Shown: positions 29,540 through 40,498 of the stretch, in pieces
Numbering within the stretch: the stretch's first letter is position 1
How the letters are laid out: the number at the start of each line of letters is the position of its first letter
NCBI GenBank assembly: GCA_963777505.1
Contig: CAVZQN010000003.1
Coordinates: forward strand, 96,001-160,000
DNA from: an uncultured bacterium
GTDB taxonomy: Bacteria; Acidobacteriota; HRBIN11; JAKEFK01
Length of the DNA: 64,000 bases
Direction: 5' to 3'
Position numbers and translations under genes: made by a program
Notes under the pieces: model-generated
Databases searched by the model: none
Told to the model about the DNA's origin: nothing
The model's input: only the letters and a program-made list of their open reading frames with translations

Positions 29540-30361
29540 TTATCCAATAGCACCATAGTGTTGAAGTACATTCGCTGCATGTTGTGCACCCTTTTGCAAT
29601 GCATGTGCGACGTTGCGCTCATTCCAGTATGAAACTGTAAAGGCTGCTTGAAATGCATCGCCGCATCCAGTGGAATCAACAACATTGGCTACCGTTAGCG
29701 ATGATTGATATAACGATTCACCTTGATAAAGGGCCATACTTCCTTCAGCGCCAAAAGTAACAACGATCAAACACTGGCTTGCTCGCGAAAGCGGACGCAA
29801 ACGTTCTGCCGTTGTAGGATCGCCACTAACAAATGCAATCGTTAATCGATCGATGACCTCTTCCAAAATCCGAGTATCCTTGTTGTAGTCAGATAGATCT
29901 AGAAAATCTGCAACTCTCCATCCATTGAATTCAGTAAAGTTTAACAATTGGAAAAAGAGCGGTTCCATTTGCTTGAACAAAGGTGACGCTAACAGATTGT
30001 GTTGTTGGAGAAAATCTAGATCATCGTTCTGAAGTTGATACCCTTCAAGTACACCTGACTGATAGCCACCGGACGGAAAGATCCTCTCGCCTCCTGCGCC
30101 AAGGGTTATGTTTTGTCGCGCAGTAGCGCCAGCTGCAGTCTTGACGTGAGTAGAATCGACGCCTTCTTTCGCGAGTGCATTCAGGATTCGCTGACTATGA
30201 TCGTTGCCGATGCGACTGACAAGCGATACATTTTCGGCTCCATTGCGTTTGCAATGAACGGCGAAGTTTAGAGAAATGCCGCCGACAAAATCCTGGTTCA
30301 GATCAAGATAGTCGTCAATCGTACATTCGCCAACAGAAACAATACGGAGTGACCCTTTCAC
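29540..30361 (-). CDS. PfkB family carbohydrate kinase (fructoselysine 6-kinase-like)
   Basis: VGECTIDDY, GGISLNFA, VTFGAEGS, DSTGCGDAF. Confidence 0.88.
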   Translation of the reverse strand: MKGSLRIVSVGECTIDDYLDLNQDFVGGISLNFAVHCKRNGAENVSLVSRIGNDHSQRILNALAKEGVDSTHVKTAAGATARQNITLGAGGERIFPSGGYQSGVLEGYQLQNDDLDFLQQHNLLASPLFKQMEPLFFQLLNFTEFNGWRVADFLDLSDYNKDTRILEEVIDRLTIAFVSGDPTTAERLRPLSRASQCLIVVTFGAEGSMALYQGESLYQSSLTVANVVDSTGCGDAFQAAFTVSYWNERNVAHALQKGAQHAANVLQHYGAIG

Positions 30362-30412
30362 TGTCGCGCATTATACCGTATAACATTTCTAGATCTCACG
30401 CAGGAGACATCT

Positions 30413-31093
30413 GTGGACTACACATTAAAAGACATAGCCCATTTAATCGATCACTCACTTTTAAATCCCATCCTTACCGCAGAACAACTTGAACAGGGAA
30501 TTCAAACGGCACTCAAGTATGAGGTCGCGAGTGTTTGTATTCTTCCTTATTACTTGAAACGTTGTGCACAGCTTTTAAAAGGAAGCACTGTAAAAAGCAG
30601 TACCACAATCGGCTTTCCACATGGCGGACAGACAATCGCGGTGAAAGTAGCTGAAGCACACCAGGCATTGGATGACGGCTGTGAAGAACTCGACTTTGTA
30701 GTAAACATCAGTCAGGTTCTCAGCGGAAATTGGGATTATGTACGCTCCGATATCAATGCTGTCATTGATGCAGCTCATGTTCGACAGCAAAAAGTAAAAA
30801 TTATTTTCGAGAATTGTTACTTAAATTACACGCAGAAAATGAGATTGTGCGAAATCTCCGGTGGATTAGAAGCTGATTGGGTAAAAACATCTACAGGTTT
30901 TGGCAGCGGAGGCGCAACCATCGAAGATGTAATACTCATGCGGAAGCACTCACCGCCCCATGTTCAAGTGAAAGCTGCCGGCGGAATTCGTGATCTCGAT
31001 ACAGTGCTTGCGTTTCGAGACCTCGGAGTGACCCGAATCGGCACTTCGCATACGCTAGAGATTTTAGAGGAATGCAAACGCAGACGTGGCTAA
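30413..31093 (+). CDS. deoC: Deoxyribose-phosphate aldolase
   Basis: IDHSLL, IGFPHG, KIIFE, VKTSTGF, VKAAGGIR, RIGTS. Confidence 0.95.
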   Translation: MDYTLKDIAHLIDHSLLNPILTAEQLEQGIQTALKYEVASVCILPYYLKRCAQLLKGSTVKSSTTIGFPHGGQTIAVKVAEAHQALDDGCEELDFVVNISQVLSGNWDYVRSDINAVIDAAHVRQQKVKIIFENCYLNYTQKMRLCEISGGLEADWVKTSTGFGSGGATIEDVILMRKHSPPHVQVKAAGGIRDLDTVLAFRDLGVTRIGTSHTLEILEECKRRRG

Positions 31094-31131
31094 TCCTTCT
31101 CCGTTCTCTATATTAATTTGTGGAGAACATT

Positions 31132-32193
31132 ATGATTTATCGCACTTTTCTGATTTGTATTCTTATTTTTCTTTTTAATGGAATTGCTGAATCTGCGCCG
31201 CTTCAAAAGATAACAGTTCCGAATGCTGCCTCCAGACAAGCTGTTTGCAATGATGGAACTCCTGCAGTGTATTACTTCCGACAGGGATCAGGATCTGGCG
31301 CAAACAACTGGGTAATTTTTATGTCAGGGGGCGGATTGTGCTTTTCCGTAGAAAGCTGCAATGAACGCAATGTGCAATTTCCAGAGCTGATGACATCGCG
31401 TGGCAAACCTTCGACTTTTGTCGGAAACGGGATACTGTCCGATGTATCTTCGCAGAATCCGGATTTTTTTAACGCGAATCATGTTGCTATTCCTTATTGC
31501 AGCTCGGATTTGTGGAGCGGGGATCGTGAGCAAAGTGGAGCAACTGGCGGATTTGAATTTCGCGGAATGAAAATTGTTCGCGCGATCGTCAATGATCTAC
31601 GAAATAAGTCAGGCAATAATCTTACTTCCGCCAACCGAATCCTTTTAACCGGAACTTCCGCGGGAGGGATCGGCGCAATGGTGCATCTTGATTGGCTGGC
31701 CGCACAGTTTCCATCGAAGGAAGTGAAAGGTTCCAACGATGCAGGCTGGACCCCAGCACAAGCGCTTTCGTTACCAATTCCAGGATCCGTATTTCCAGTA
31801 CAACAAGCTTTGCAATTATGGAACGGAAAACCAGATGCTAGCTGCGCTCAAGCAAACTCCAATGCTAAACATTTATGTTACTCCTCAGGCGTCTATCCAT
31901 TTTTGAATGCGCCGTTAATGGTTCAAATGTCGCAGTATGATCCGATATTTCTTTCTGGACTCGGAGTGAGATTTCCATTCAATCCTGCCGAAAAAGCGAT
32001 TGCCGATCTCTTTGCATCTGCAGTCCGCGAATCATTAACAGATGTGGATGCAGCTTTCAGCCCTCGAACAAATACGCATGGTGTTCTTCCATATAAGCGA
32101 TTTACAGGATTAAAAATAAATGGTTCTTCACTTCAGCAGTTGTTGGGAAACTGGTTTTTCGAAAGACCGGGACCGGTGAAGGAGGTTAGGTAA
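31132..32193 (+). CDS. Secreted pectin acetylesterase / Notum-family hydrolase
   Basis: CNDGTPAVYY, GGGLC, PYCSSDLWSG, GTSAGG. Confidence 0.85.
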   Translation: MIYRTFLICILIFLFNGIAESAPLQKITVPNAASRQAVCNDGTPAVYYFRQGSGSGANNWVIFMSGGGLCFSVESCNERNVQFPELMTSRGKPSTFVGNGILSDVSSQNPDFFNANHVAIPYCSSDLWSGDREQSGATGGFEFRGMKIVRAIVNDLRNKSGNNLTSANRILLTGTSAGGIGAMVHLDWLAAQFPSKEVKGSNDAGWTPAQALSLPIPGSVFPVQQALQLWNGKPDASCAQANSNAKHLCYSSGVYPFLNAPLMVQMSQYDPIFLSGLGVRFPFNPAEKAIADLFASAVRESLTDVDAAFSPRTNTHGVLPYKRFTGLKINGSSLQQLLGNWFFERPGPVKEVR

Positions 32194-32248
32194 GGGGTTC
32201 GCTGGAGGAGTTATCTGAAAGGGCGAAATTGTGGTCACGTGAAAATGC

Positions 32249-32296
32249 AGGGGAGAAAGGGAGCAGGGGAGCAGGGGAGAAGGGGAGCAGGGGAGA
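32249..32296 (+). repeat. Six tandem purine-rich octamers (consensus AGGGGAGM)
   Basis: aggggaga aagggagc aggggagc aggggaga aggggagc aggggaga. Confidence 0.85.
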
Positions 32297-32302
32297 AAAA
32301 TG

Positions 32303-32866
32303 CTACTCGTAGTTATCAAGAAGGGTGCGGAACGTGATTGAGTAACGCAGCGTTTTCACCGGCGGAATCGAGTGTTCCCAATTCGCGCGCACATCACCTT
32401 CCATCACGTAAAGTGATCGCGGCTCCAAAGTGATTTTGAACGTTCTTTCTGGATCTATCTTCGGCCGAAATCTAAAAATACAGGATGAGGCAAGCGACAC
32501 ACCAAAGACTAAGGGACCAAATTGAGTCATGTCACTGTGCCAGCCGATCGTCGCTCCTGGTGGATAACAAGTCACTACACATGCCACAAAATCTTCTGCC
32601 AATACATTCGCTTTTTCTGCCGCAATCGCCCGAAGCTTTTTCAATTCCGGTGAAAGTGGTTGAACTCTATGATGTGTCCCTCCGATCGGTCCATAATCAT
32701 GACCAAAACGTACGATCCCTCTCCTTGATGCCTGACCCCGCATTACATAAGGTTGAAAATCCAGTTTCCTGACGAAGGTTAGAAGTTCATTTTCTTGTTC
32801 TTCGGTGATCGCATCCTCATAGTATCGAAATCCGGTGGTGGGTGGTGACTGAGTCATTGGTTCCAT
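32303..32866 (-). CDS. AlkB-family 2OG-Fe(II) dioxygenase
   Basis: YPPGATIGWHSD (HxD), GVSL, WEHSIP, RYSITFR. Confidence 0.9.
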   Translation of the reverse strand: MEPMTQSPPTTGFRYYEDAITEEQENELLTFVRKLDFQPYVMRGQASRRGIVRFGHDYGPIGGTHHRVQPLSPELKKLRAIAAEKANVLAEDFVACVVTCYPPGATIGWHSDMTQFGPLVFGVSLASSCIFRFRPKIDPERTFKITLEPRSLYVMEGDVRANWEHSIPPVKTLRYSITFRTLLDNYE

Positions 32867-32900
32867 ATCTAATATAAGATTAAAGAAAGGGGGATTCTGA

Positions 32901-33476
32901 GTGTTCTTGAAGTTTAGCAAAGAGCGGGGAGCGCTTCGATGTCCTTTTTGCCGAGATCCAATTTATCCCGCGCCAAGTGTTATCCGTTGCTTAAAATGTA
33001 AGACTGTTCATCACGAAAAATGCTGGGAAGATCGTGGGAGTTGCAGCATTTATGGATGCAAAGGAACTCCGCAACTAGAGTTAACAGATCTTTTTTTTGT
33101 GGAGTTGTTTCAAAAACGCCGGAAAAAATTACGTAATTCAAAGTTTGTTGCTGCAATAACAGCTCTGATTGTATCGACCATTTTGTTTTTCGTGTTGAAG
33201 CCTGTTTTGCCAGTAGAAGGTCGACTTATTTTTTCGTTCGCCGTTATAATTTTTTTGAGTATCTTAACTGTCCTCGCTGGTTATGCTCAGTATTTATGTC
33301 CAGCATGTGGTCACCAACCTAGAGCAAGCCACAGTAGTCCGCTGCCGCAATCCCAATTTTCATTGTGGTGGTCTCTTTTTTGGGTGATGGGCAAAAAAAT
33401 GTCGGAAGGCGTTCCAGAACTACAATTAGATCCAAGCGAATGTCCGAATTGTCATATCCGTTTACGTGCGGCTTAA
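32901..33476 (+). CDS. Prokaryotic RING-like zinc-finger membrane protein
   Basis: CPFC...CLKCKTVHHEKCWEDRGSCSIYGC, two TM helices, then CPAC...CPNC. Confidence 0.7.
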   Translation: MFLKFSKERGALRCPFCRDPIYPAPSVIRCLKCKTVHHEKCWEDRGSCSIYGCKGTPQLELTDLFFVELFQKRRKKLRNSKFVAAITALIVSTILFFVLKPVLPVEGRLIFSFAVIIFLSILTVLAGYAQYLCPACGHQPRASHSSPLPQSQFSLWWSLFWVMGKKMSEGVPELQLDPSECPNCHIRLRAA

Positions 33477-35594
33477 TATTCGCTGAGTTGTTTTCGCACG
33501 GCTTGAATGGAACGAATCCTTTGCTTCAATGCCTCTATATATATGGATGCTGTGGTAGTCGTGTTATCAGACTGTAAAGCAATCCCGGTGAAAAGGTTTC
33601 GATCGGTAATTTGTCCATTCAGTCCAGAGGGATGATAGAAATCCCGAGCAATGCGATAGATCATTTGATTCATTTTTACGAGCTGCCCTTTGTTGGTTTT
33701 CTTTCTTGCCGGTCTTCCTAAAGCTTCTTTCTCATCATTAAGAAGATTTTTTGCCTCTTGTTCCCATTGATCTATCAGAGCGAGAGCTTCTTGAATTTTC
33801 AGGCTTTCATGATCGGTTTCTTTTGTACTTTGCTGTAAATCTCGATATGCCAGACGCCAATAACGAGCTTCTGTTGCGTAGTCCAATGGAACCAGATCCG
33901 CATTTGCAAGCCGCAATCCAACGATTCCCTGCAATTCGGTCATCAACTTGTGATACTCAAATGTTGGATCAACAACGGTCTTCATCCAATGAAAATTTTC
34001 GTAGATTGAATGATACATTCCATAGTCTGCGCCGTAATACATATCGGACGCCGGAAGCGCGAGGAAATTAAAAAACGGTGCGGCATCATCATAAGGCGTT
34101 TCGAAAAGATAAGGTTCTGTTAGTGGTTTTTCTGGATCGAAATAATCACCCCAACCATCAACGCCGGGGACTTTTCGATATGCATTTTGCATATCGGTCC
34201 AACTTTCAAAAAGGCTTCGTTTGCTTTTCGGATCTTGTATATCGCGGCTTGCTGCGCGGAACAGACTGTGCAACACGGGATGAGCGCTAACACTCAGCGG
34301 ACGATCGTGTGTTGAAGACTGCAGAATCCATATTGATATACGCGACGGCTTTTTCTAATAAATCCTTCGTACGATCCTCAACGAATTCTGTGCTGCCACC
34401 GTAAAGCATTTCTTCGGCATCCCAAAAAGTTAGAATCACAGTTCGTTTTGGCCGCGATCCTTCTTTTGCTAACTTGCCAAGCGCTTCAGCAAATGTAAGT
34501 AAAGCTGCAGTTCCACTGGATGGATCCCCAGCGCCAAAAATCCACGCATCATGATGATTGCCAAGGATTACCCATTGATCCGGATCTTTATTCCCCTTTA
34601 ATCGCGCGATCACATTCCACATCGGCCGATCGCGATTATCCATGACTGTTTTTAAATAAACTTCGGCGGGTCCTGGACCTACTTTGTACGTTAAACCAAG
34701 AGCACCTTGCCAATCATAAGGTGCGACAGTTCCACTTAAATGACTGAGGATGCGTTCGGCTGTGCGATACGAAATTGGAAGCACTGGTATTTTTGGCAAT
34801 GCAACATCTTCAGGACGCTTTCGCTTTGCTCCTTTAACGGAAGCAATTCCAGGACTCAGTGGATCACCCGAATAAGGTAATGAGATAATTGAACGCCGCA
34901 TGATACTTCCGGGCGGTCTCCAATTTCCTTTTGGATACACATCACCAAACTTGAATCCATCTTCTGCGGGATCTGAATAAAGAACGACTGCCGCTGCTCC
35001 CGCTTCCTCGGCATTTCGAACTTTTTGCCCTTCCCCGGTGCCGAAATAACGCATCAATAAAATTTTGCCTTTCAGATCGATGCCGAGTTTTTGAAGGGTT
35101 TGAATATCTGAATTTGAGCCGTGATGCGCATAAACAATCTGTCCTTTTGCTTCGCCGGAGGGAGAAAATCCATTCCAGCCAGGATGATCATTCACAAATT
35201 CAGTAAAAGGATCTCCATCGATTTTTTCTTCGACTACTGGCAATTTTTCTTCAACAGGCTTGATCAAACGAATTTCGGTAGAAACTGGCGCAGGTAGAAA
35301 GCCTTCATAACGAACCATTTCCACATCGAAGCCATATGCTTTTAGATTCCGCAATATGTAATCAGCCGTTTTCTTGGCGCCTTCGCTGCCAGCACGGTGA
35401 GGAAAGCTGGTGAGCCATTCCAAATGTTTTTCAATTTGTGCGGGAGATATCTTGTCCTTAAGTCGTTTTTCAAACTGCAACTGGATTCGTGAATTCTCTG
35501 GCGAAAAACCATCCAGCGTCTTTGAGTCTTCTCCAAAGGCAGGAGTTAAATAGAACAATATGGAAAGAGTGATCCATACGTAGTTGTATTTCAT
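33473..35594 (-). CDS. M28 glutamate carboxypeptidase II-like peptidase with PA and TfR-dimer domains, split by a +1 frameshift near 34307
   Basis: GNHHDAW, GDPSSG, WDAEE and YINMD in the upstream ORF; DRPLSVSAHPVLH continues into ORF 33473..34276 (YHSIYE). Confidence 0.85.
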
Positions 35595-36307
35595 TTAATG
35601 GTGGCTTGGAAGAGTTTTTCATAGCCATCTGCCAGATCCAACAGAGCTTGTTTGCCATTTCCTTGAAATGCAGGACCGTGCATCAATGCCAGAGTTGTTG
35701 GTGCAAATTCTGCCAATCGTCGCATCGTTGGTGCAGTGTTACTTGAAAGTACACTTGCGCGATACAGTTCTTCTGTTTTAAATGCTGGACCAATTAAATC
35801 TGCGTCTGTGATTGCGACCGTGTCGCCTGTTTGAGTAAAAAGATCACCACATAAAAGAGTTTGTGTGGTTTCTTCGAAAAGAAGACCTGCATCCCAGCCA
35901 TGTGGAACATGCGGAGTATAAATATATCGAACTTTTTTTCCGCCTAAATCAATCACATCTCCATCCTGCAAGGGTCGAGGTTCTCTTAGTGCAAGATCTG
36001 CAACAGACACCATACATCCGATTTCACCAAAAGCGACACGAGATTGTGGAGCAGCTTCAAGCCAGTTATTCATAGCGCCGCATTCATCGGCTTCTACATG
36101 TCCAAAAGAGATCCAGCGCAGCCGGTCAACAGGCATAACCTGCGTAACAGCGGCAGATACTAAAGGGAACAACTTGAGCAACCCGCAATGAAATAAAAGC
36201 GGCTCTTCCGCATCAATTAAATATTGATTGAATCGAAGATCTGCCGGCTCAATATATGTGGATAAGCGATAAATTTTGTTCGCAATTTCAGTGACTGTAG
36301 TATTCAA
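35591..36307 (-). CDS. MBL-fold metallohydrolase (FprA-like di-iron domain)
   Basis: FNQYLI, GHVEADECG, PHVPHGW, GDLF, MHG. Confidence 0.85.
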   Translation of the reverse strand: MNTTVTEIANKIYRLSTYIEPADLRFNQYLIDAEEPLLFHCGLLKLFPLVSAAVTQVMPVDRLRWISFGHVEADECGAMNNWLEAAPQSRVAFGEIGCMVSVADLALREPRPLQDGDVIDLGGKKVRYIYTPHVPHGWDAGLLFEETTQTLLCGDLFTQTGDTVAITDADLIGPAFKTEELYRASVLSSNTAPTMRRLAEFAPTTLALMHGPAFQGNGKQALLDLADGYEKLFQATIK

Positions 36308-36334
36308 ATAACCTCCAGAAGAGAATATTCAGTG

Positions 36335-36937
36335 CTATTCCAATTCCGATAAAATGACAACGGCTCTACGGATCGCCATCTTACTTGCATCTTCATACAA
36401 ACGATCGAAATTGGCCATATCAACTGAGGCTGATCCTTCCATTGGGCCTGGGCCGGGAGCCATAAGCCCGTCTCCTTCGGTCTGAAAACTTTTTATCGAT
36501 TTTCCTTTTTCGAGGTCAACAAGCTCAAAGTAGAATGCAACGAATACACCTGAAGCCGCTTTGGTCGTCTTACGTTGAGTAATCTCTCCCCCTGTTACAG
36601 TATTTACAGTGGATTGCCATTTCATAAGCGATCCATAAAGCCCATATTTTGCAGGGATTTCTCGAAGTTGCGATTCAGCCTCTTCGTTTAATCGTTCATC
36701 CTGCCATTCAGCATTTTTTACTATTTTTTGTACTGCCTTCCGATCTACAGGTTCAAATCGATCGTACTTTTTCAGATCGGTTGACATCCATGCAGCTAGA
36801 TCAGTTCCATTAAAATGAAGAGCTGATTCACTTCTATTCTTAAACTCAATAACAGCAATCGTTTCTTTTTCTGCTGCACTAAGATTGAAAGCGAACACTA
36901 GCAAAAATAGAACACAGAGTATTTTTGTAAATTGCAT
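36335..36937 (-). CDS. Secreted CsgG/HfaB-like protein
   Basis: IAVIEFKN...RFEPVDRK pattern; signal peptide. Confidence 0.6.
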   Translation of the reverse strand: MQFTKILCVLFLLVFAFNLSAAEKETIAVIEFKNRSESALHFNGTDLAAWMSTDLKKYDRFEPVDRKAVQKIVKNAEWQDERLNEEAESQLREIPAKYGLYGSLMKWQSTVNTVTGGEITQRKTTKAASGVFVAFYFELVDLEKGKSIKSFQTEGDGLMAPGPGPMEGSASVDMANFDRLYEDASKMAIRRAVVILSELE

Positions 36938-36989
36938 AGATTTCTCTCGTCTCAAATGGTACTAATGAATTCTATTTTTCGCAATCGGA

Positions 36990-37649
36990 TCAAAGCGATG
37001 ATTTCTTAATTTCTGGAACATCGACGGCTTTGATTCCTGTGTATGGATTTTCAATGCTTATCACTAATGAAGCAATCATCTGTTTCAGTGTGACCAGTCC
37101 TAGCCGTCGCGCGGATTCTTTTGTAGAGGGCACTCGTTCAAGAATCCAATAGAAGGGGATAAGCATATATGCCCAGCGATGACCTGGGCCGAGAACATAC
37201 CATGGACGTAAAAATGTTGCGTTCAATCCGGAGTCACGAATGTGTTGCTCGGCTTCCATTCGCGTTTGCACATAAACTTTCATAACAGAAGCCGGATGTG
37301 CAACACTCAGATAAACAAAATGCTGAATTCCGGAAGCTGTCGCAGCCGCAACCGAAGCCTTCGCTGCAGGTAAATCGATAGTCCGGAAAAGCTCTGCTTT
37401 AGATGGACTCGGATGTGCGACACCTACTAAATGAACAAAAGTGTCTGCCGGTTGAATCGCTTCTTTATAAGTTGATTCGTTTAAGGCATCACCAGAAACA
37501 ATTCTGCATCCGGGATAAACTTTTGCTTCAGAGCCTTTGCGAACGAGCACTGCAACTTCATGCCCTCTCTCCAAAAGAATCGGAATCAGATGGCTTCCAA
37601 GATAGCCGGTACCGCCGGCAATGAAGACTTTTCTGACTTTTGTAGTCAT
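36990..37649 (-). CDS. NAD(P)H-binding atypical SDR protein
   Basis: GGTGYLG Rossmann motif; FVYLS; LRPWYVLG. Confidence 0.88.
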   Translation of the reverse strand: MTTKVRKVFIAGGTGYLGSHLIPILLERGHEVAVLVRKGSEAKVYPGCRIVSGDALNESTYKEAIQPADTFVHLVGVAHPSPSKAELFRTIDLPAAKASVAAATASGIQHFVYLSVAHPASVMKVYVQTRMEAEQHIRDSGLNATFLRPWYVLGPGHRWAYMLIPFYWILERVPSTKESARRLGLVTLKQMIASLVISIENPYTGIKAVDVPEIKKSSL

Positions 37650-37846
37650 ATCAGTCTTCGGAATATTATCATGCAGAGGAGCGGAGGAGCCGAGGGGCTG
37701 GGGAGCAAAGGGACAGTGTTCGTTTGCGGGACGTTATTGTCGCGGGTGCGAACACAAATTTTCATAAGGGAAATACTCATCGTCGAAAAGATTAGGAGCA
37801 TACTCGGCACGAACATTGCTTTATACGACGGAACTGGAGTTTTTGG

Positions 37847-40273
37847 ATGAAGACTTTTTTGAATGATCTCCGTTATGCTTTCCGGCTTTTGTTGAAGAGT
37901 CGCGCGTTTACGATTGGAGCTTTGCTTGCGTTGGCGCTTGGAATCGGCGCAAATACCGCTATTTTTAGCGTCCTATATGCAACTTTAATTAAGCCTTTGC
38001 CTTATCAGAATCCGGACAGAATTGTATTGGTTTGGGAAAGTAGTCCGAACGACGCAGATGATGAAAATGTAGCGAATCCCGCGAATTACGCCGACTGGCG
38101 CGAGCAGAACAAAGTATTTACAGATATTGCTGCAACTGTAGATAATTGGGGCCACATAACTTCACATGGAGATCCTGAAGAAGTACCCATCCAATTTGCA
38201 ACTCCAAATCTCTTTTCGGTTCTAGGCGCAAAAGCATTTCTCGGACGAACGTTTACTACACAGGATGAAAAAGCTGGCGAGCCTTTAGCCGTTTTAAGTT
38301 ACGGACTTTGGCTTCGCAGGTTTGGCGGCAATCGTGAAATCATTGGCGACACGATTATGCTTCGTGCAAGAAAAACAAAAGTAATTGGCGTGATGCCTCC
38401 CGATTTCAAATGGTTTATTAAGAAAGGTTCATTTACAGCAAAAGCAGCCGAGATCTGGATTCCATATCCAATTACATCTGAATTGAGAGTCAGACAAGGA
38501 CGTTACCTCACTCCTGTCGCGCGATTGAAAGATGGAGTTACTGTAGAACAAGCTCAATCGGAAATGAAAGTTATTGCGGCAAGGCTCGCACAGCAATATC
38601 CAGACTTCAATGCAAAGTGGGGAGCGAGCGTTACTCCGGTTCGTGAGCAGATTGCAGGATCAATCCGCAAGGCGCTTTATGTTTTGATGGCTGCAGTCGG
38701 ATTTGTATTGCTGATTGCCTGCGGAAATGTTGCAAATCTAATTATGGTCCGCGCTGTTTCGCGAAGTCGCGAGATTGCAGTCCGTTCAGCGTTAGGTGCA
38801 GGACGTTGGCACATCATCAGACAGTTGCTGATTGAAAGTGGGTTGCTTGCTTTTCTTGGCGGGGCTGCGGGTTTACTTCTTGCGTATTGGGCTCTTCAAG
38901 CGATGCAATCGTTTCGCCCTGTGTATGGAATCGAATTTGGAGCGGTCAAGATTAATTCTGTAGTTTTGTTGTATACGCTTGCAGTTTCGGTGCTGACCGC
39001 GTTTATTTTTGGGCTTTTACCAGCACTGCAAGCAACACGTTGGAATCTTCAGGAACAATTAAAAGAATCGTCACGTGGAGTTCACCTTGGCTCTTCTACA
39101 ACACGCAACTCATTTGTTGTCGCTGAAGTAGCTCTCGCATTAATTCTTTTAATTGGTGCTGGCTTGCTCATCCGAAGTTTTGTAAATCTTCTTAATGTAA
39201 ATCCGGGGTTCAATCCAAAAAATGTTTTAACTGTGAGGGTTCTTTTGCCCCGCTTGAGATATCCGGAAGAGCATCAAATCATTCAGTATTTTGATCAAGC
39301 AATTCAGCGCGTTCAATCTTTGCCCAATGTGCAGTCAGCTGGTGCGACTACTTTTCTCCCTTTTGCGGGGCCAGCCTCAGGCACAAACTTTTTTATTGAA
39401 GGAAGACCAGACCCGCCACCAGGCCAGGACAACGTTACGGAAGTGCACATCACGGACGCCAATTTTTTTAAGACCATGCAAATTCCTTTAAAACGCGGCC
39501 GGTTTTATACGCATTCCGAAGTTTTGGAATCCAGAAAAGTCGTGCTTGTCAATGAGGCTCTGGTGCGGAAATATTTTCCAAATGAAGATCCAATTGGACG
39601 GCGGCTAACAATTAATATGAAGGATCCGAATGTACCTACGGAAATTATCGGAATTATTGCCGATGTGAAACACGATAATCTTGAAAACGAAATCGGCCCG
39701 GCTATTTATTGGCCTCTTTCAGAACTTCCAATGGGTTTTATGACCCTGGTCATTCGCATGAAGGGAAATGCGCTTTCAGCCGTTCCCGATGTGTACAAAA
39801 CACTTCGCCCGATCGATCCACAACTGGCATTCAGTGAATTTCGTACATTGGAAGAAGCAATGGGTGATACCTATGCCAAAAATCAGTTCAACATGGTTTT
39901 GCTATTTATCCTGGCGTTTGTAGCTGTTGCGCTTGCCATCATTGGAATTTATGGAGTCATGTCCCATTCAGTTGCTCAACGAACACAAGAAATGGGAATT
40001 AGAATGGCACTCGGCGCGCGTGCGGAAGATGTATTGAAATTGATACTCAAACAAGGTGGGAAACTGATTTTCATTGGAACCCTGATTGGACTTGCTGGTG
40101 GACTTGCTGTAACTACTTTGATGGAAAGCTTGTTGTTTGGAACCAGTACAACGGATCCAAAAACGTTCCTTTTTGTGTCTCTGACTATTGTGCTCGTGGC
40201 ACTTGCTGCTTGTTGGATTCCAGCCAGACGCGCATCCAAAGTCGATCCTATGACCGCTCTTCACTACGAGTGA
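37847..40273 (+). CDS. ADOP-type duplicated MacB/FtsX ABC permease (orphan)
   Basis: [61 protein letters not shown]. Confidence 0.93.
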   Translation: MKTFLNDLRYAFRLLLKSRAFTIGALLALALGIGANTAIFSVLYATLIKPLPYQNPDRIVLVWESSPNDADDENVANPANYADWREQNKVFTDIAATVDNWGHITSHGDPEEVPIQFATPNLFSVLGAKAFLGRTFTTQDEKAGEPLAVLSYGLWLRRFGGNREIIGDTIMLRARKTKVIGVMPPDFKWFIKKGSFTAKAAEIWIPYPITSELRVRQGRYLTPVARLKDGVTVEQAQSEMKVIAARLAQQYPDFNAKWGASVTPVREQIAGSIRKALYVLMAAVGFVLLIACGNVANLIMVRAVSRSREIAVRSALGAGRWHIIRQLLIESGLLAFLGGAAGLLLAYWALQAMQSFRPVYGIEFGAVKINSVVLLYTLAVSVLTAFIFGLLPALQATRWNLQEQLKESSRGVHLGSSTTRNSFVVAEVALALILLIGAGLLIRSFVNLLNVNPGFNPKNVLTVRVLLPRLRYPEEHQIIQYFDQAIQRVQSLPNVQSAGATTFLPFAGPASGTNFFIEGRPDPPPGQDNVTEVHITDANFFKTMQIPLKRGRFYTHSEVLESRKVVLVNEALVRKYFPNEDPIGRRLTINMKDPNVPTEIIGIIADVKHDNLENEIGPAIYWPLSELPMGFMTLVIRMKGNALSAVPDVYKTLRPIDPQLAFSEFRTLEEAMGDTYAKNQFNMVLLFILAFVAVALAIIGIYGVMSHSVAQRTQEMGIRMALGARAEDVLKLILKQGGKLIFIGTLIGLAGGLAVTTLMESLLFGTSTTDPKTFLFVSLTIVLVALAACWIPARRASKVDPMTALHYE

Positions 40274-40299
40274 ATCTTTTTCACCGCAAAGACACGAAA

Positions 40300-40443
40300 T
40301 TATTTGCCCGTACGTTGCGCCAAAAAAATCACCGGGTTCCAGGATGGTGGATTATCCGCGTTTGCAGTACGCAATCCTGCTAAAAAATTTGCACGAATCA
40401 ATTTGATTCCTGAATACCATTCCAAGACTGTTGCTATTTTCAT
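40300..40443 (-). CDS. Possible 47-aa small protein
   Basis: SD GAGGA 8 nt before ATG and TATAAT upstream; MKIATVLEWYSGIKLIRANFLAGLRTANADNPPSWNPVIFLAQRTGK. Confidence 0.3.
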   Translation of the reverse strand: MKIATVLEWYSGIKLIRANFLAGLRTANADNPPSWNPVIFLAQRTGK

Positions 40444-40498
40444 TATCATTTTCCTCAATGCAGTCTTCATCATTATAATGAGTCCTGCAGGAGATTAA

